From: Bacillota bacterium
Lineage (GTDB): Bacteria; Bacillota; Sulfobacillia; JAIMAT01
Direction of reading: 5' to 3'
Length of the DNA stretch: 64,000 nucleotides
NCBI GenBank assembly: GCA_029961055.1
Contig: JASBVM010000001.1
Span: 6,888-70,887, forward strand
This document shows, piece by piece, positions 1 to 9,569 of the stretch; position 1 is the first letter of the stretch; each line of letters opens with the position of its first letter. Made by a program: the position numbers and the translations under genes. The notes beneath the pieces were generated by a model. That model was not told the DNA's origin, made no database searches, and saw nothing but the letters and a program-made list of their open reading frames with translations.

Positions 1-64
1 CACCGAAAGTGACACGCGTTGGCAGGATTATATCCCTTCGAGCCGCTGCCTGGCAGCCCTGCCC

Positions 65-1528
65 TCAATCCAGCAGGAGGCGGCGCAGGATCTTGCCCGC
101 GGCGCTCCGCGGCAGCGCCGGCAGGAAGCGGACCTCCACCGGCAGCCCTTCCAGGCCCAGGCGCCTGCAGCGCTCCTCCAGCTCGGCACGGCTCACCTCC
201 GGCGCCGCCACCACCACCCGCAGGCCGGTGGCCGTCGTCGAGCCGGGTTCCCGGCCCAGGGGGACCACCGCCGCCTCGCGGACGCCCGGCGAGGCCGAGA
301 GGGCGCTCTCCAGCGCGTGCACGTCCAGAAGGTGCCCGTCGATGCGGACCAACTGGCTCCGGCGCCCCGCCAGGAAGAGGTGCCCTTCCTCGTCCAGCCA
401 GCCCATGTCCCCGGTGCGCCAAAAGCCGCGGTCAAGGCCGGCGGCGCGGCTGCGTTCCTCGCCTCCGGGGCCGAGGTAGGCTCGGGCCAGGCCGGGCGAG
501 CGGAGCACCACCTCGCCCGTCCGGCGCGGGGGGAGCGGCTCGTCCGCCTCGTCCAGGATGGTCACCTGGCGGTGCCGCACCGGCCGCCCCACCGAGCCGT
601 CCAGCGGCTCGCTCCAGGCCAGGCGCAGCGTCATGATCCCCGCCTCGGTCGAGCCGTAATCCTGACCGATCCGCCGCCCGTACGCCTCGGCGAAGGCGTC
701 GTGGACCCCCCGCTCCAGAGGCGCCCCCGCGCTGAGGAAGCCGAGCACAGAGCGGAAGGCGTCCGGCTCGGCCTCCCCTTCTACCAGCCTGCGGTAGAGC
801 AGCGGCACCCCAAAGAGGAGGGCCGGCCGGCTCCGCCTCGCCAGCGCCACCACCGGCTCCCGTTCCGGCCCCGGGGCGACGGCGACGCGGCCGCCCAGGG
901 CCAGGGGCGTGAGCGTCCCGCCCACCAGGGCGTACGAGTGGGCGAGGGAGGTGGCGACCAGGGTGGAGAGGACGAGCTCGCGACCGGCGTCGGCGGCGAA
1001 GTCCACGATCTCGTTCCAGACCGCTGCGCCGGTGCGGACGGCCAGCTTGGAGGGCTCATCCGCCCCCGAGGTCAGCTGGGCGATCAGGTCGCCGGGCCGC
1101 CAGCCCGCGCCCCGCCCCTCCCATCGCTCCAGCCGCAAGCCCAGCGCATCGATCCGGCCTGCCACCGGGCGTCCCGTGGGGCCCGCCTCCAGGGGAAGCA
1201 GGAGCCACCGCGCTCCCGCCTCCTCCGCCCGGCGGACCATCTCGGCGTGCGGCAGGGTCGGCGGGAGGAGCGCCGCCGGCCGGCCGTCGGAGGCGGCCGC
1301 GAGGAGGGCGGCCACGAAGGCGAGGCCGTTGGGGAGCGCCAGGGCACCGGGGTCGAGCGCCTGCCCGGCGGGGGCGGTCGCCTGCAGGAGGTGTCGCACC
1401 TCCCTCGCCGCTTGCTGGAGATCGCCGTAACGGGCGGCCCCTCCGGGCTCGACCAGGGCGACCGCCCCGGGCTGCCGTCCCGCCCATCCCAGGACCGCCT
1501 CGGCCCAACGCGAAGCGGCGCCCGCCAC
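65..1528 (-). CDS. AMP-dependent synthetase/ligase (acyl/aryl-CoA ligase family)
   Basis: 487-aa ORF with a GTG start. It carries adenylate-forming motifs: LTSGADEPSKLAV (degenerate TSGTTGxPK), DYGSTE, and WRTGDMGWLDEEGHLFLAGR followed by a C-terminal AAGKILRR. The substrate cannot be inferred. Confidence 0.75.
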   Translation of the reverse strand: MAGAASRWAEAVLGWAGRQPGAVALVEPGGAARYGDLQQAAREVRHLLQATAPAGQALDPGALALPNGLAFVAALLAAASDGRPAALLPPTLPHAEMVRRAEEAGARWLLLPLEAGPTGRPVAGRIDALGLRLERWEGRGAGWRPGDLIAQLTSGADEPSKLAVRTGAAVWNEIVDFAADAGRELVLSTLVATSLAHSYALVGGTLTPLALGGRVAVAPGPEREPVVALARRSRPALLFGVPLLYRRLVEGEAEPDAFRSVLGFLSAGAPLERGVHDAFAEAYGRRIGQDYGSTEAGIMTLRLAWSEPLDGSVGRPVRHRQVTILDEADEPLPPRRTGEVVLRSPGLARAYLGPGGEERSRAAGLDRGFWRTGDMGWLDEEGHLFLAGRRSQLVRIDGHLLDVHALESALSASPGVREAAVVPLGREPGSTTATGLRVVVAAPEVSRAELEERCRRLGLEGLPVEVRFLPALPRSAAGKILRRLLLD

Positions 1529-1740
1529 CGCCCCGGCAGGCTCGGCCGCCCGTGGCCGGCGGGCGGGCGCCCTTCTTCTCTTCCGTCCCGACGTCGCGGA
1601 AGGTCACCTCCCCGTTGTCAACCGAGAATACGGGAGGGCGGGGGCGGCCCCCTGCCCGTGCGGCGCACGGCAGCCGGACATTTGCTAACGTGGGGGTACA
1701 GGCCGGTCGCGGCTTCCGGACGAGGAGGGGAGAGTGGGGC

Positions 1741-2448
1741 GTGACCGAGGTGCTGCTGGTCGACGACGAGAGCTCCATCCGCAAGCTGCTGGAGTTCAAC
1801 CTGCGCAAGGCGGGCTTCCAGCCGCTCCTCGCGGGCACGGGCAGGGAGGCCATGGAGATCCTGCGCACGCGGCATCCCGATCTGGCCATCCTGGACGTGA
1901 TGCTGCCGGACTGCGACGGCTTCGACCTCTACCGCCGCATCGCCGCCGAACGGCCGATGCCGGTCCTCTTCCTGACGGCGCGGGACAGCGAGGTGGACCG
2001 GGTGCTGGGGTTGGAGCTGGGCGCCGACGACTACGTGACCAAGCCCTTCTCGCCGCGGGAGCTGGTGGCCCGGGTCCGCGCCATCCTGCGCCGTACGGAG
2101 CGGGCCCGGGAGGCGGCCGACGGGCGGGCGCCGGTCGGGGAGGAGGCGCCGCTCCTCCGCTCCGGCGACCTGGTGATCGACGTCCGGGCCCACCAGGTGC
2201 GGCGGGGAGGGCGCGAGGTGCCGCTCACGCCGAAGGAGTTCGAACTCCTTCTCTACCTCGCCCGCCACCGGGGGGTGGCGCTCTCCCGCGAGACGCTGCT
2301 GCAGGCGGTCTGGGGCGACGACTTCTTCGGGGACCGGCGGGTGGTCGACGTTCACGTCCGTCACCTGCGCGAGAAGCTGGAGGCCGATCCCGCACGGCCG
2401 GTCCTCATCCGGACGGTCCGCGGCGTAGGGTACCGTTTCGGGGGGTGA
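1741..2448 (+). CDS. phoP: OmpR/PhoB-family response regulator
   Basis: In-frame GTG at 1741 preceded by GGAGGGGAGAG. Receiver domain: VLLVDDESSIRKLL...LDVMLPDCDGF...VTKPF. Winged-helix output: LTPKEFELLLYLARH...IRTVRGVGYRF. The ORF-track start at 1552 is a non-homologous upstream extension. A kinase and phoU follow directly. Confidence 0.85.
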   Translation: MTEVLLVDDESSIRKLLEFNLRKAGFQPLLAGTGREAMEILRTRHPDLAILDVMLPDCDGFDLYRRIAAERPMPVLFLTARDSEVDRVLGLELGADDYVTKPFSPRELVARVRAILRRTERAREAADGRAPVGEEAPLLRSGDLVIDVRAHQVRRGGREVPLTPKEFELLLYLARHRGVALSRETLLQAVWGDDFFGDRRVVDVHVRHLREKLEADPARPVLIRTVRGVGYRFGG

Positions 2449-2452
2449 TGGC

Positions 2453-3805
2453 GTGTCGGCGCCTCTGGGGCTCTTCCTGGCGGTGGCCTTTCTCGCCGGC
2501 CTGCTTCTGGGAGGCTGGCTGCGCGAGCGCTCCTGGCAGGCGGCGGCGACCCGTTGGCGGGCCATCCTGGAGGGGTCCGGGAGCGCCGAGGAGCTGGAGG
2601 CGCCCCCGGCCATGGTCGACCTCTTCCGCGTGGCCCGGAACCGGCTGCGCGAGCTGGCGGGCGAGGTGGAACGGTGCCGGCAGCGGACGCACCTTCTGGA
2701 GGAGTCGATCCGCACCCTGCCCACGGGGCTGATCCTGGTGGACCGGGAGGGGCGGGCGCTCCTCTTCAACCCCGCCTTGACCGAGCTCCTGGGCATCGCC
2801 CGCAGCCGCGTCCAGGCCGGGCGGCCGCACATCGAGCTGCTCCAGAACTTCCGCCTGAGCGAGATGGTGGACCGGGTGCTCGAGGACGGTGTGGAGCGCG
2901 CCATGGAGGTGGCGCCGGCCGCCTTTCGCGACCGCTACCTGGAGGCGCGCTGCGTGCCGCTGCGGGCTCCGCTTCCCGAGGCCGGGGCGGGGGAGAAGGG
3001 CGCGGCCGGGCCGGGGGAGCGGACGGAGGCCGAGGGACGGCACCAGGGGGCGCTCCTCGTCCTCCACGACGTCAGCGCCATCCGCCGGGGGGAACGGCTC
3101 CGGCGCGACTTCGTCGCCAACGTCTCGCACGAGTTGCGGACGCCGGTCACCTCCATCCTCGGCTTCACCGAGACGCTCCTCGACGGCGCCATCGACGACC
3201 GGGCCCTGGCCCGCGAGTTCGTGGGCATCATCGAGGGGGAGGCGCGCCGCCTGGCGGCCATGGTGGAGGAGCTTCTGGACCTGGCGCGCCTGGAGGCCAA
3301 GCAGGTGGAGCTCAACTACCGCACCTTCCTGGTGGCCGACCTGGTGCGCGAGGTGCTGGACCGCTTCCGTCCCCTGGCCAGCCAGCGGAGCGTCGGGCTG
3401 GAGAGCGACGTCGACTCCTCGCTCCAGCTGGAGGCCGATCGCGAGCGGGTCGCACAACTCCTGGGCAATCTGGTGGACAATGGGATCAAGTATACGCCCG
3501 AGGGGGGGACGGTGCGGGTCCGCGCCCAGGGCGCCAGCCGCCAGGGGAAGGGAGGCGTCCTGCTGGTAGTGGAGGATACGGGGCGCGGGATCCCGTCCGA
3601 CCAGCTGGACCGCATCTTCGAGCGCTTCTACCGGGTCGGCGAGGGACGCGAGCGGCCCGAGTCCCAGGCGGGCGGGAGCGGTCTCGGCCTGGCCATCGTC
3701 AAGCACATCGTGGAGGTACACGAAGGCACCGTCGAGGTCTGGAGCGAACCGGACAGGGGATCGCGGTTCGAGGTCTGGTTGCCCGCCCAGGCACCGGGCC
3801 GTTGA
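2453..3805 (+). CDS. phoR: Sensor histidine kinase (PhoR-like, TM + PAS + HisKA + HATPase)
   Basis: 450 aa. It has a hydrophobic N-terminus, the H-box FVANVSHELRTPVTSILGF, the N-box NLVDNGIKYT and the G-boxes EDTGRGIP and GGSGLGLAIVKHIV. It starts 4 nt after the regulator's stop. Confidence 0.85.
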   Translation: MSAPLGLFLAVAFLAGLLLGGWLRERSWQAAATRWRAILEGSGSAEELEAPPAMVDLFRVARNRLRELAGEVERCRQRTHLLEESIRTLPTGLILVDREGRALLFNPALTELLGIARSRVQAGRPHIELLQNFRLSEMVDRVLEDGVERAMEVAPAAFRDRYLEARCVPLRAPLPEAGAGEKGAAGPGERTEAEGRHQGALLVLHDVSAIRRGERLRRDFVANVSHELRTPVTSILGFTETLLDGAIDDRALAREFVGIIEGEARRLAAMVEELLDLARLEAKQVELNYRTFLVADLVREVLDRFRPLASQRSVGLESDVDSSLQLEADRERVAQLLGNLVDNGIKYTPEGGTVRVRAQGASRQGKGGVLLVVEDTGRGIPSDQLDRIFERFYRVGEGRERPESQAGGSGLGLAIVKHIVEVHEGTVEVWSEPDRGSRFEVWLPAQAPGR

Positions 3806-3849
3806 GGCGGCCCCGGGTTTCGGGGGGGTGCCGAAGGGAGGAAGCACCC

Positions 3850-4506
3850 ATGCCGAGGGAAAGCTTCAACGCGCAACTGGAGGAGCTGCGCAGCGCGGTG
3901 CTGAGGATGGGCAGCCGGGTCGAGGAGGCCATTCAGACCACGATGAGGGCGCTGGTGGAGCGCGACGTGGCCCTCGCCCGCGCCGTGGTCGAGGGCGACG
4001 ACGAGATCGACCAGATGCAGCACGGGGTGGAGCAGCTGGCCTCGCGCCTCATCGCCCTGCAACAGCCGCTGGCCGGCGACCTGCGCGTGATCATCAGCGC
4101 CATCAAGATCAGCGGCGACCTGGAGCGTATCGGCGACAACTGCGAGAACATCTGCAAGGTGGTCATCCGCCTGGACGGCAAGCCCTACGTGAAGCCGCTC
4201 ATCGATGTGCCGCGCATGGCCGAGCTGGCCAGGAGCATGCTGCGGGACACGCTGGAGGCGTACGTCTCCCACGACGTGGGTGCGATCCGGAACCTGCCCG
4301 AGCGCGACGACGAGGTGGACCACCTCTACTCCCAGGTGCTGCGGGAGCTCCTCACCTACATGATGCAGGATCCGCAGACGATCCAGCAGGGGCTCGAGCT
4401 GCTCCTCGTCTCCCGCTACCTGGAGCGGATCGCGGATCACGTCACCAACGTGGGCGAATCGGTCATCTACCTGGAGACGGGCGAGCACGTCGACCTGAAC
4501 GCCTGA
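3850..4506 (+). CDS. phoU: Phosphate signalling complex protein PhoU
   Basis: ATG at 3850 lies inside the long 2554..4506 frame. The protein begins MPRESFNAQLEELRSAVLRMG and has two PhoU repeats with DLERIGDNCENI and YLERIADHVTNV. Confidence 0.9.
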   Translation: MPRESFNAQLEELRSAVLRMGSRVEEAIQTTMRALVERDVALARAVVEGDDEIDQMQHGVEQLASRLIALQQPLAGDLRVIISAIKISGDLERIGDNCENICKVVIRLDGKPYVKPLIDVPRMAELARSMLRDTLEAYVSHDVGAIRNLPERDDEVDHLYSQVLRELLTYMMQDPQTIQQGLELLLVSRYLERIADHVTNVGESVIYLETGEHVDLNA

Positions 4507-4579
4507 CGGCGGACCTGTCCCGGGGCGGTCGGGCGGCGGACAGGCGGCGGCAGGGCCGCCGCGGGCTGGAGGTGCTCGG

Positions 4580-5560
4580 GTGAAGCAGCTCTACGGAGGC
4601 ATCGACCTGGGTGGGACCAAGATCGAGTCCGTGATCTGCGACGACACGGGACGGGTGCTGGCTTCGGACAGCCGCCCGACGCCGCTGGGGAGCGCCGGGG
4701 CGCTGCTGGCGGGGCTGGTCGCCTCGCTGGAGGCCACCTGCCGGAGCCTCGGCCTGCGGCCGGACGAGTTGGCGGGCGTCGGCCTGGGCGCCCCGGGCCC
4801 GCTGGACGCCGAGAGCGGCATCCTCCTCGAGCCGCCCAACCTGGGCGGTCTCCGCGACCTGCCCCTGGCGGGACCGCTGGCGGAGAGGCTGGGGGTCCGT
4901 TGCTTCCTGGAGAACGACGCCAACGCCGCCGCCCTGGGCGAGTTCACCTTCGGCGCGGGACGCGGGGCGCGGGACGGCGTCTACGTCACCCTCAGCACTG
5001 GCATCGGCGGGGGCCTCTACCTGGACGGGAAGCTGTACAGGGGCGCCGCCGGGACGGCCGGCGAGATCGGGCACATGATCCTGGAGCCGGGTGGACCGCT
5101 CTGCGGCTGCGGGCGACAGGGCTGCTGGGAGGCGTTGGCCTCCGGGCGGGCGCTGGCCCGGGAGGCGCGAGCGGCGCTGGAGGCGCTCCCGCCGGGACCG
5201 GAGCGCGACTGGTGGCTCCGGCGGCTGGACGGGCGGCTGGATGCGGTCACCGCCCGCGACGTCTTCGCCGCGGACGAGGCGGGCGTGGCCCCGGGACCGG
5301 AGCTGGTCGAGCGGGAAAGCTTCTGGGTGGGGGTCGGCCTGGCCAACCTGATCCAGATCCTGGCGCCGCGGCGGATCGTGGTCGGCGGGGGCGTCAGCAG
5401 GGCCGGCGAGCGGCTGCTCGGCCCGGCGCGCGCGAAGGCCCTGGAGCTCGCCTTCGCCAGCGCCACCCGCGGGCTGGAGATCGTGCGGGCCGGGTTGGAG
5501 GCGCCGGGGGCGGTGGGAGCCGCCACGGTGGCCCTGCGGAGGCTGCAGGAGGCGGGCTGA
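4580..5560 (+). CDS. glcK: ROK-family glucokinase
   Basis: 326 aa. It contains GIDLGGTKIES, LENDANAAALGE and the ROK zinc motif GHMILEPGGPLCGCGRQGCWE. Confidence 0.8.
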   Translation: MKQLYGGIDLGGTKIESVICDDTGRVLASDSRPTPLGSAGALLAGLVASLEATCRSLGLRPDELAGVGLGAPGPLDAESGILLEPPNLGGLRDLPLAGPLAERLGVRCFLENDANAAALGEFTFGAGRGARDGVYVTLSTGIGGGLYLDGKLYRGAAGTAGEIGHMILEPGGPLCGCGRQGCWEALASGRALAREARAALEALPPGPERDWWLRRLDGRLDAVTARDVFAADEAGVAPGPELVERESFWVGVGLANLIQILAPRRIVVGGGVSRAGERLLGPARAKALELAFASATRGLEIVRAGLEAPGAVGAATVALRRLQEAG

Positions 5561-5679
5561 CCCGCCCGCGAGGCGCCGGCCGGGGCCTGGACAGGCGGTA
5601 TACGGGCTGGAGGGGGGCTCATATACTAGAGCGCCTTCCGGGTGCGGCAGAGAGGCTGGCCGGAGAGGAGGGGAGAGGC

Positions 5680-6582
5680 GTGGAGACGATTCTGATCGGC
5701 ACCACGATGGCGGCGGACGCCATCGCGGACCGGCTCCGCTTCGAGGTCGGCCTGGCTTCCGACGGCGGTTACCGGCTGGAGGTCCGCTCCGAGCGACGTG
5801 ACCGCTGGGAGTTCCTGACCTGCCAGTTCGCCACGCCCTACCCCCTCACCGTCGAGGCCACCCGCGCCATCCGGCACCTGGTGGCGGACTCGCTCTCGGA
5901 CGTGATCGTCGAGCGGCTGGAGCCGCGCTGGCTCGAGCGGGTGCTGGAGCGGAACTACGGCTACTTCGACGAGCGGGCCCGGCAGGAGATCGGGCGGCTG
6001 GCCCGCGTCCGCCTCTACGGCTCGCCGGAGGGCCGGCCCAGGGTCAGCTACCTGATCGCCCGCCGCTCGCAGGTGCTGGAGCGGCTGTCCGAGTTCCTGG
6101 AGCGCCACAACGAGGTGGTGGTGGACGGCTTCCTCCGCTTTCGGATGAAGGATTACGTCCAGGAGCTGGAGGACGCGGTGGACGAGGCGGTCGACGAGTA
6201 CCTCAACCGGCGGGAGCAGGAAGAGCTGATCCGCTTCCTCCACGAGGTGCTCGCCACGCGGAAGCCCCGCCTGCCCGAGGTCCACGTCCTGGTCCGGCCG
6301 GGGGGCTCCTTCTACCTCGCGGACGGCCGGCACCGCCAGCTCTCCCAGGAGCTGCTGGTGGAGATGGGGGTCGAGCTGGGGGAGGCGGACGAGATGGTCG
6401 ACCTCCTCCTGAGCGCGCTGCTCTCGGTGGCGCCGGAGCGCGTCGTCCTGCACGGGGCCGAGCACCTGGATCCGCCGGCGCTCCAGATGGCCCGGGGCAT
6501 CTTCGCCGAGCGCCTCGACCTCTGCCCGGGTTGCGCCTGGTGCCGGCGGGCCGTCTTCGGCGCCCGCCCGAGCCCCTCCTGA
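5680..6582 (+). CDS. ytxC: YtxC-like sporulation protein
   Basis: In-frame GTG at 5680 (GGAGAGG upstream) within the 4900..6582 frame. The product resembles the YtxC family (…VVVDGFLRFRMKDYVQELEDAVDEAVDEYL…). In Bacillus, ytxC sits immediately upstream of thrS. Confidence 0.65.
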   Translation: METILIGTTMAADAIADRLRFEVGLASDGGYRLEVRSERRDRWEFLTCQFATPYPLTVEATRAIRHLVADSLSDVIVERLEPRWLERVLERNYGYFDERARQEIGRLARVRLYGSPEGRPRVSYLIARRSQVLERLSEFLERHNEVVVDGFLRFRMKDYVQELEDAVDEAVDEYLNRREQEELIRFLHEVLATRKPRLPEVHVLVRPGGSFYLADGRHRQLSQELLVEMGVELGEADEMVDLLLSALLSVAPERVVLHGAEHLDPPALQMARGIFAERLDLCPGCAWCRRAVFGARPSPS

Positions 6583-6705
6583 ACCGGGAAGAACGCCCGC
6601 AGGCACCCAGCGACGAAGGGGCGGCCCCCCGCCGGCCCCCGGCCGGCTGCGGGCGGCCGCCTGTCTCCGCCGCGGCCGCGGACGGCCCGCGACCGCCTTG
6701 TCGCC

Positions 6706-6948
6706 CTACTTGACCTTCTTCACCAGGATCCGGTCGTAGCCGTCCTTCTCCTCGACGCCGAGGAACTCCTGACCGGCCTTCTGGGCCCAGTTGGGGATGT
6801 CCCGCTTGGAGCCCTGGTCGGTGGAGAGGACGGCGATGACGTCGCCCACATTGGCCGAACGCATCGCCCGGATCAGCTCCATCATGGGCCCGGGGCAGAA
6901 GCTGCCCCGCGCGTCGATCTCCTTGGTCGCCGGAATGCCTTCCGCCAT
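6706..6948 (-). CDS. TusA/SirA-like sulfur carrier protein
   Basis: Only the last 80 aa of the 730-aa ORF-track entry are homologous. The protein begins [25 protein letters not shown], with the TusA CPxP active-site motif. Confidence 0.85.
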   Translation of the reverse strand: MAEGIPATKEIDARGSFCPGPMMELIRAMRSANVGDVIAVLSTDQGSKRDIPNWAQKAGQEFLGVEEKDGYDRILVKKVK

Positions 6949-7058
6949 CTTCGTCGCCGCCTCCCCTGTCGTGGTGGAGGGAGGAGCTCCCTCCGTCTCC
7001 CATCCTGTCGCCGCTTGCCGACAGACGCCTCGTCGCACCCGCGCCGGCCCTTCAGCCC

Positions 7059-7484
7059 TCAGATGAAGAGGGTCGAGGAGGCGTCCTGGGTCATCTCGAT
7101 GAACTCGCCGACGCCGATGATGTCCTCGATGACCGGCTCGAAGTCTTCCTTGGTCAGCCCGAAGAGGTCCGCTGTCATCGCGCAGGCGTGGACGTGGACG
7201 TCTCCCAGCTCCTTCGCCTGGAGCAGCGTGTCGTACCAGTGGGGGACCTTCTTCTCCTGCATCACCGCCATCATCTGGGCGGCCTGGTCCTCGTAGTCCT
7301 TGCTCACCGCCTGCACCTTGTAGGGCTCGCCCTTGCGGAAGGCCATCAAGCCCCAGAAGGTGAGGAAGATGTCGACCCGGACATCGTTCATGACCGCGCC
7401 CGAGGTCATGATGGAGACGGGGTAGAGCTTGTCGACCGTCCCGTCGAAGACCACCATGCAGAGACGCTTCTTCTCCTCCGCCAT
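7059..7484 (-). CDS. DsrE/DsrF-like sulfur-relay family protein
   Basis: 141 aa. It contains [17 protein letters not shown]...[14 protein letters not shown], which fits the DsrE-like fold with a conserved Cys. Confidence 0.8.
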   Translation of the reverse strand: MAEEKKRLCMVVFDGTVDKLYPVSIMTSGAVMNDVRVDIFLTFWGLMAFRKGEPYKVQAVSKDYEDQAAQMMAVMQEKKVPHWYDTLLQAKELGDVHVHACAMTADLFGLTKEDFEPVIEDIIGVGEFIEMTQDASSTLFI

Positions 7485-7538
7485 GCTGCAGGCTCCTTTC
7501 TCTCCGCCGGCCCTCCAGGGCTTGGGGCGGTTTGTTGA

Positions 7539-8201
7539 CTAGTGCTCCGCCGGAGCAGCCGCCACCGGCCTGCCCCGTCGCGCGGCCTCCTCGCGGGCGC
7601 CGCGCCCCGCACGGCTCAAGACCTCCAGGGCCAGCTCCAGCCCGTCCTGCAGGTCGGGGTCGCGGAGCCTGGCCATCAGGTGGCGGAGCTCGCCCCGCGG
7701 CTGGTGCCGCGGCGGCTCCCGCAGGACGTGGTCGACGTCGGCCAGCGCGGCCGGCAGCTGGCGGAAGATCTCGCTCTGCATCAGCAGGTCGGCCACGTCC
7801 AGCAGGCGGCTGAGCGTGCCGGCCAGCGAGCCGACCAGCTCGGGCGTGGTCGCGCTCAGCGCGGTCCCCAGGAAGCCCAGAAGCTCCTCGACCCGGGCCA
7901 GCCCGCCGTCCTTCTCCATCCGCTCGACCCGCTCCAGCAGCCGCTCCAGCGTCGGCAGCTCCGGCAGCAGCCGGTCCAGGAATCCCGCCAGTTCCGGCTT
8001 CGCCAGGCGGTCGGCCAGCTCCGCCAGCTGGCTCACCAGCGCCATCAGGCTGGAGAGCGTCTCGGGCGTCATGGAATCGGTGAAGGCGGTGAGAAGGCGG
8101 GCCGTCTCCTCCACGGTCCGGGCCGCGGGCTCGTCCAGGACCGGCGACGGGACGGCGCCGTCCGCCTCCACGCTCACCTTCGCCTCGTCCTTCTCGGTCA
8201 C
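7539..8201 (-). CDS. DUF1641 domain protein
   Basis: 220 aa, GTG start with GGGAGG 9 nt upstream. It is helical and Leu/Glu-rich with a DUF1641-like C-terminus. This family typically partners SQR-like flavoproteins. Confidence 0.6.
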   Translation of the reverse strand: MTEKDEAKVSVEADGAVPSPVLDEPAARTVEETARLLTAFTDSMTPETLSSLMALVSQLAELADRLAKPELAGFLDRLLPELPTLERLLERVERMEKDGGLARVEELLGFLGTALSATTPELVGSLAGTLSRLLDVADLLMQSEIFRQLPAALADVDHVLREPPRHQPRGELRHLMARLRDPDLQDGLELALEVLSRAGRGAREEAARRGRPVAAAPAEH

Positions 8202-8231
8202 CCCGTGTCGCCTCCCTTCCGGCTGCCCGGC

Positions 8232-9374
8232 CTAGAGCAGCCCGCGCAGCGACAGCCAGTACATCTCGTTGTAGGCCAGCTTGAACCAGTGGATCATGGC
8301 GGCCGGCGCGGTCGGCCGGGGCGGGGTCTTGTAGTCGAAGGCGACGTAGGTGGCTTCCTCCAGGCCCGCCTCGATGAAGCAGAAGACCTTGCCGTCGTAA
8401 AGGACGGTGGGCGGCTCGCCACGCAGCTCGTGGACCAGGTTCCTGGCCACCACCTCGGACTCGTAGTGGGCCACCGAGCCGGCCTTGGAGATGGGCAGGT
8501 CCGTCGCGTCGCCCAGCACGTAGATCCGCTCCTGGCCCTTCATCTTCAGCGTCTTGGGGTCGGTGGGGAGCCAGCCCTCGTTGTCGGCCAAGCCCGAGTC
8601 CCGGACCACCTTCGCGCCCACGTGCGGCGGGATGGCGACCAGCAGGTCGTACTCCATCTCCTCTCCCTCCAGGGTGCTCACCTTGTGGGCGTCGGGGTCG
8701 ACGCTCTCCATGTTGAAGAAGGTCTCGCCGCGGATGTTCCGCTCCGCGAAGACCCGGGCGGTCCAGTCGGCCACCGGCTGGACGGTGTGGAGCCGGGCGA
8801 TGGGGTAGGTGTAGACCAGCTCCGTCTTCTCGCGCAGGCCTGCGCGCCGGAGATAGTCGTCCAGGATGAACATGAACTCCAGGGGGGCCACCGGGCACTT
8901 GTGCGGCACCCCGATGGTCATCAGGACGCGGCCGCCCTGGAAGCCCTGGAGCGCCTTGCGGAGGCGGAGCGCCTCCTCCGTGGTGTAGAAGGAGTACCCG
9001 CCCTGTCGGAGCCCCGGGATGGCGTCCAGGTCGGGGTGCGACCCGGTGGCGATGACCAGGAAGTCATACTCCACCCGCCTCCCGCTGGCGCATTCCACCA
9101 CCCGCTTCTCGGGCGCGATGCGCACGGCGGGATCGACGATCAGCTGGACGCCGGGAAGGGTGAGCTGCCGCTGCGGGCGGAAGAAGCCGTCGGGCTGCGC
9201 CTGGTCCAGGGCGATGTAGAGGAGGCCCGGCTGGTAGAGATGACGGTCGCTGTCGCTGATGAGGAGGATTTCCAGCTCGCCGCGGTCCAGCTCCTGGCGC
9301 ATCATGCGGGCCAGACGGTTGGCGGCCATGAGGCCGCCGTCGCCCGCACCGAGGAAGACCACTCGCTGCGTCAT
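8232..9374 (-). CDS. FAD-dependent pyridine-nucleotide-disulfide oxidoreductase, sulfide:quinone oxidoreductase-like
   Basis: 380 aa. N-terminal Rossmann motif [17 protein letters not shown]. Cys-containing motifs [13 protein letters not shown] and [10 protein letters not shown]. It is followed by DUF1641, DsrE and TusA on the same strand. Confidence 0.75.
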   Translation of the reverse strand: MTQRVVFLGAGDGGLMAANRLARMMRQELDRGELEILLISDSDRHLYQPGLLYIALDQAQPDGFFRPQRQLTLPGVQLIVDPAVRIAPEKRVVECASGRRVEYDFLVIATGSHPDLDAIPGLRQGGYSFYTTEEALRLRKALQGFQGGRVLMTIGVPHKCPVAPLEFMFILDDYLRRAGLREKTELVYTYPIARLHTVQPVADWTARVFAERNIRGETFFNMESVDPDAHKVSTLEGEEMEYDLLVAIPPHVGAKVVRDSGLADNEGWLPTDPKTLKMKGQERIYVLGDATDLPISKAGSVAHYESEVVARNLVHELRGEPPTVLYDGKVFCFIEAGLEEATYVAFDYKTPPRPTAPAAMIHWFKLAYNEMYWLSLRGLL

Positions 9375-9533
9375 CGTCCCACGCTCCTTTGAAATCCCAA
9401 GGCGTTATAGCGCCTTCCGTACCCCCGGGGGCATCGGGTGACGGACCCACATGACGGCCGCCTTAGGGCGGAGATCCTAGGGCGGCCACCGGACGGCAGC
9501 GGGCCCCGGGCCGCTCCGCCCCACCCGCCCGCC

Positions 9534-9562
9534 TTGACGGCGCGTCGGGCGCCCGCTAGACT
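9534..9562 (+). promoter_or_regulatory. Sigma-A-type promoter of the thrS leader (TTGACG-17-TAGACT)
   Basis: TTGACG at 9534-9539, a 17-nt spacer, and TAGACT at 9557-9562, located just upstream of the T-box leader. Confidence 0.55.
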
Positions 9563-9569
9563 CGACCCC

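Noticed and set aside
1529-1740. Possible Pho boxes or a divergent promoter between the AMP-ligase gene and phoP.
   Set aside because: Only isolated TTGTCA and TTTGCT hexamers occur. There are no phased TT(A/T/C)ACA repeats and no credible -10, so there is not enough to support a call.
6583-6705. GC-rich palindromes (two GCGGCCGC copies and GGGGCGG…CCGCC) between the convergent ytxC and tusA genes, considered as a bidirectional terminator.
   Set aside because: I could not draw a clean stem, and there is no U-tract on either strand.
6706-8898. A 730-aa minus-strand ORF that appears to span tusA, dsrE, DUF1641 and part of sqr.
   Set aside because: Only its last 80 aa (the TusA-like protein) are meaningful. 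Upstream of that it runs out of frame through the real DsrE, DUF1641 and SQR genes. The 799-aa (20872..23271) and 936-aa (23677..26487) entries were trimmed to their homologous C-terminal parts for the same reason.
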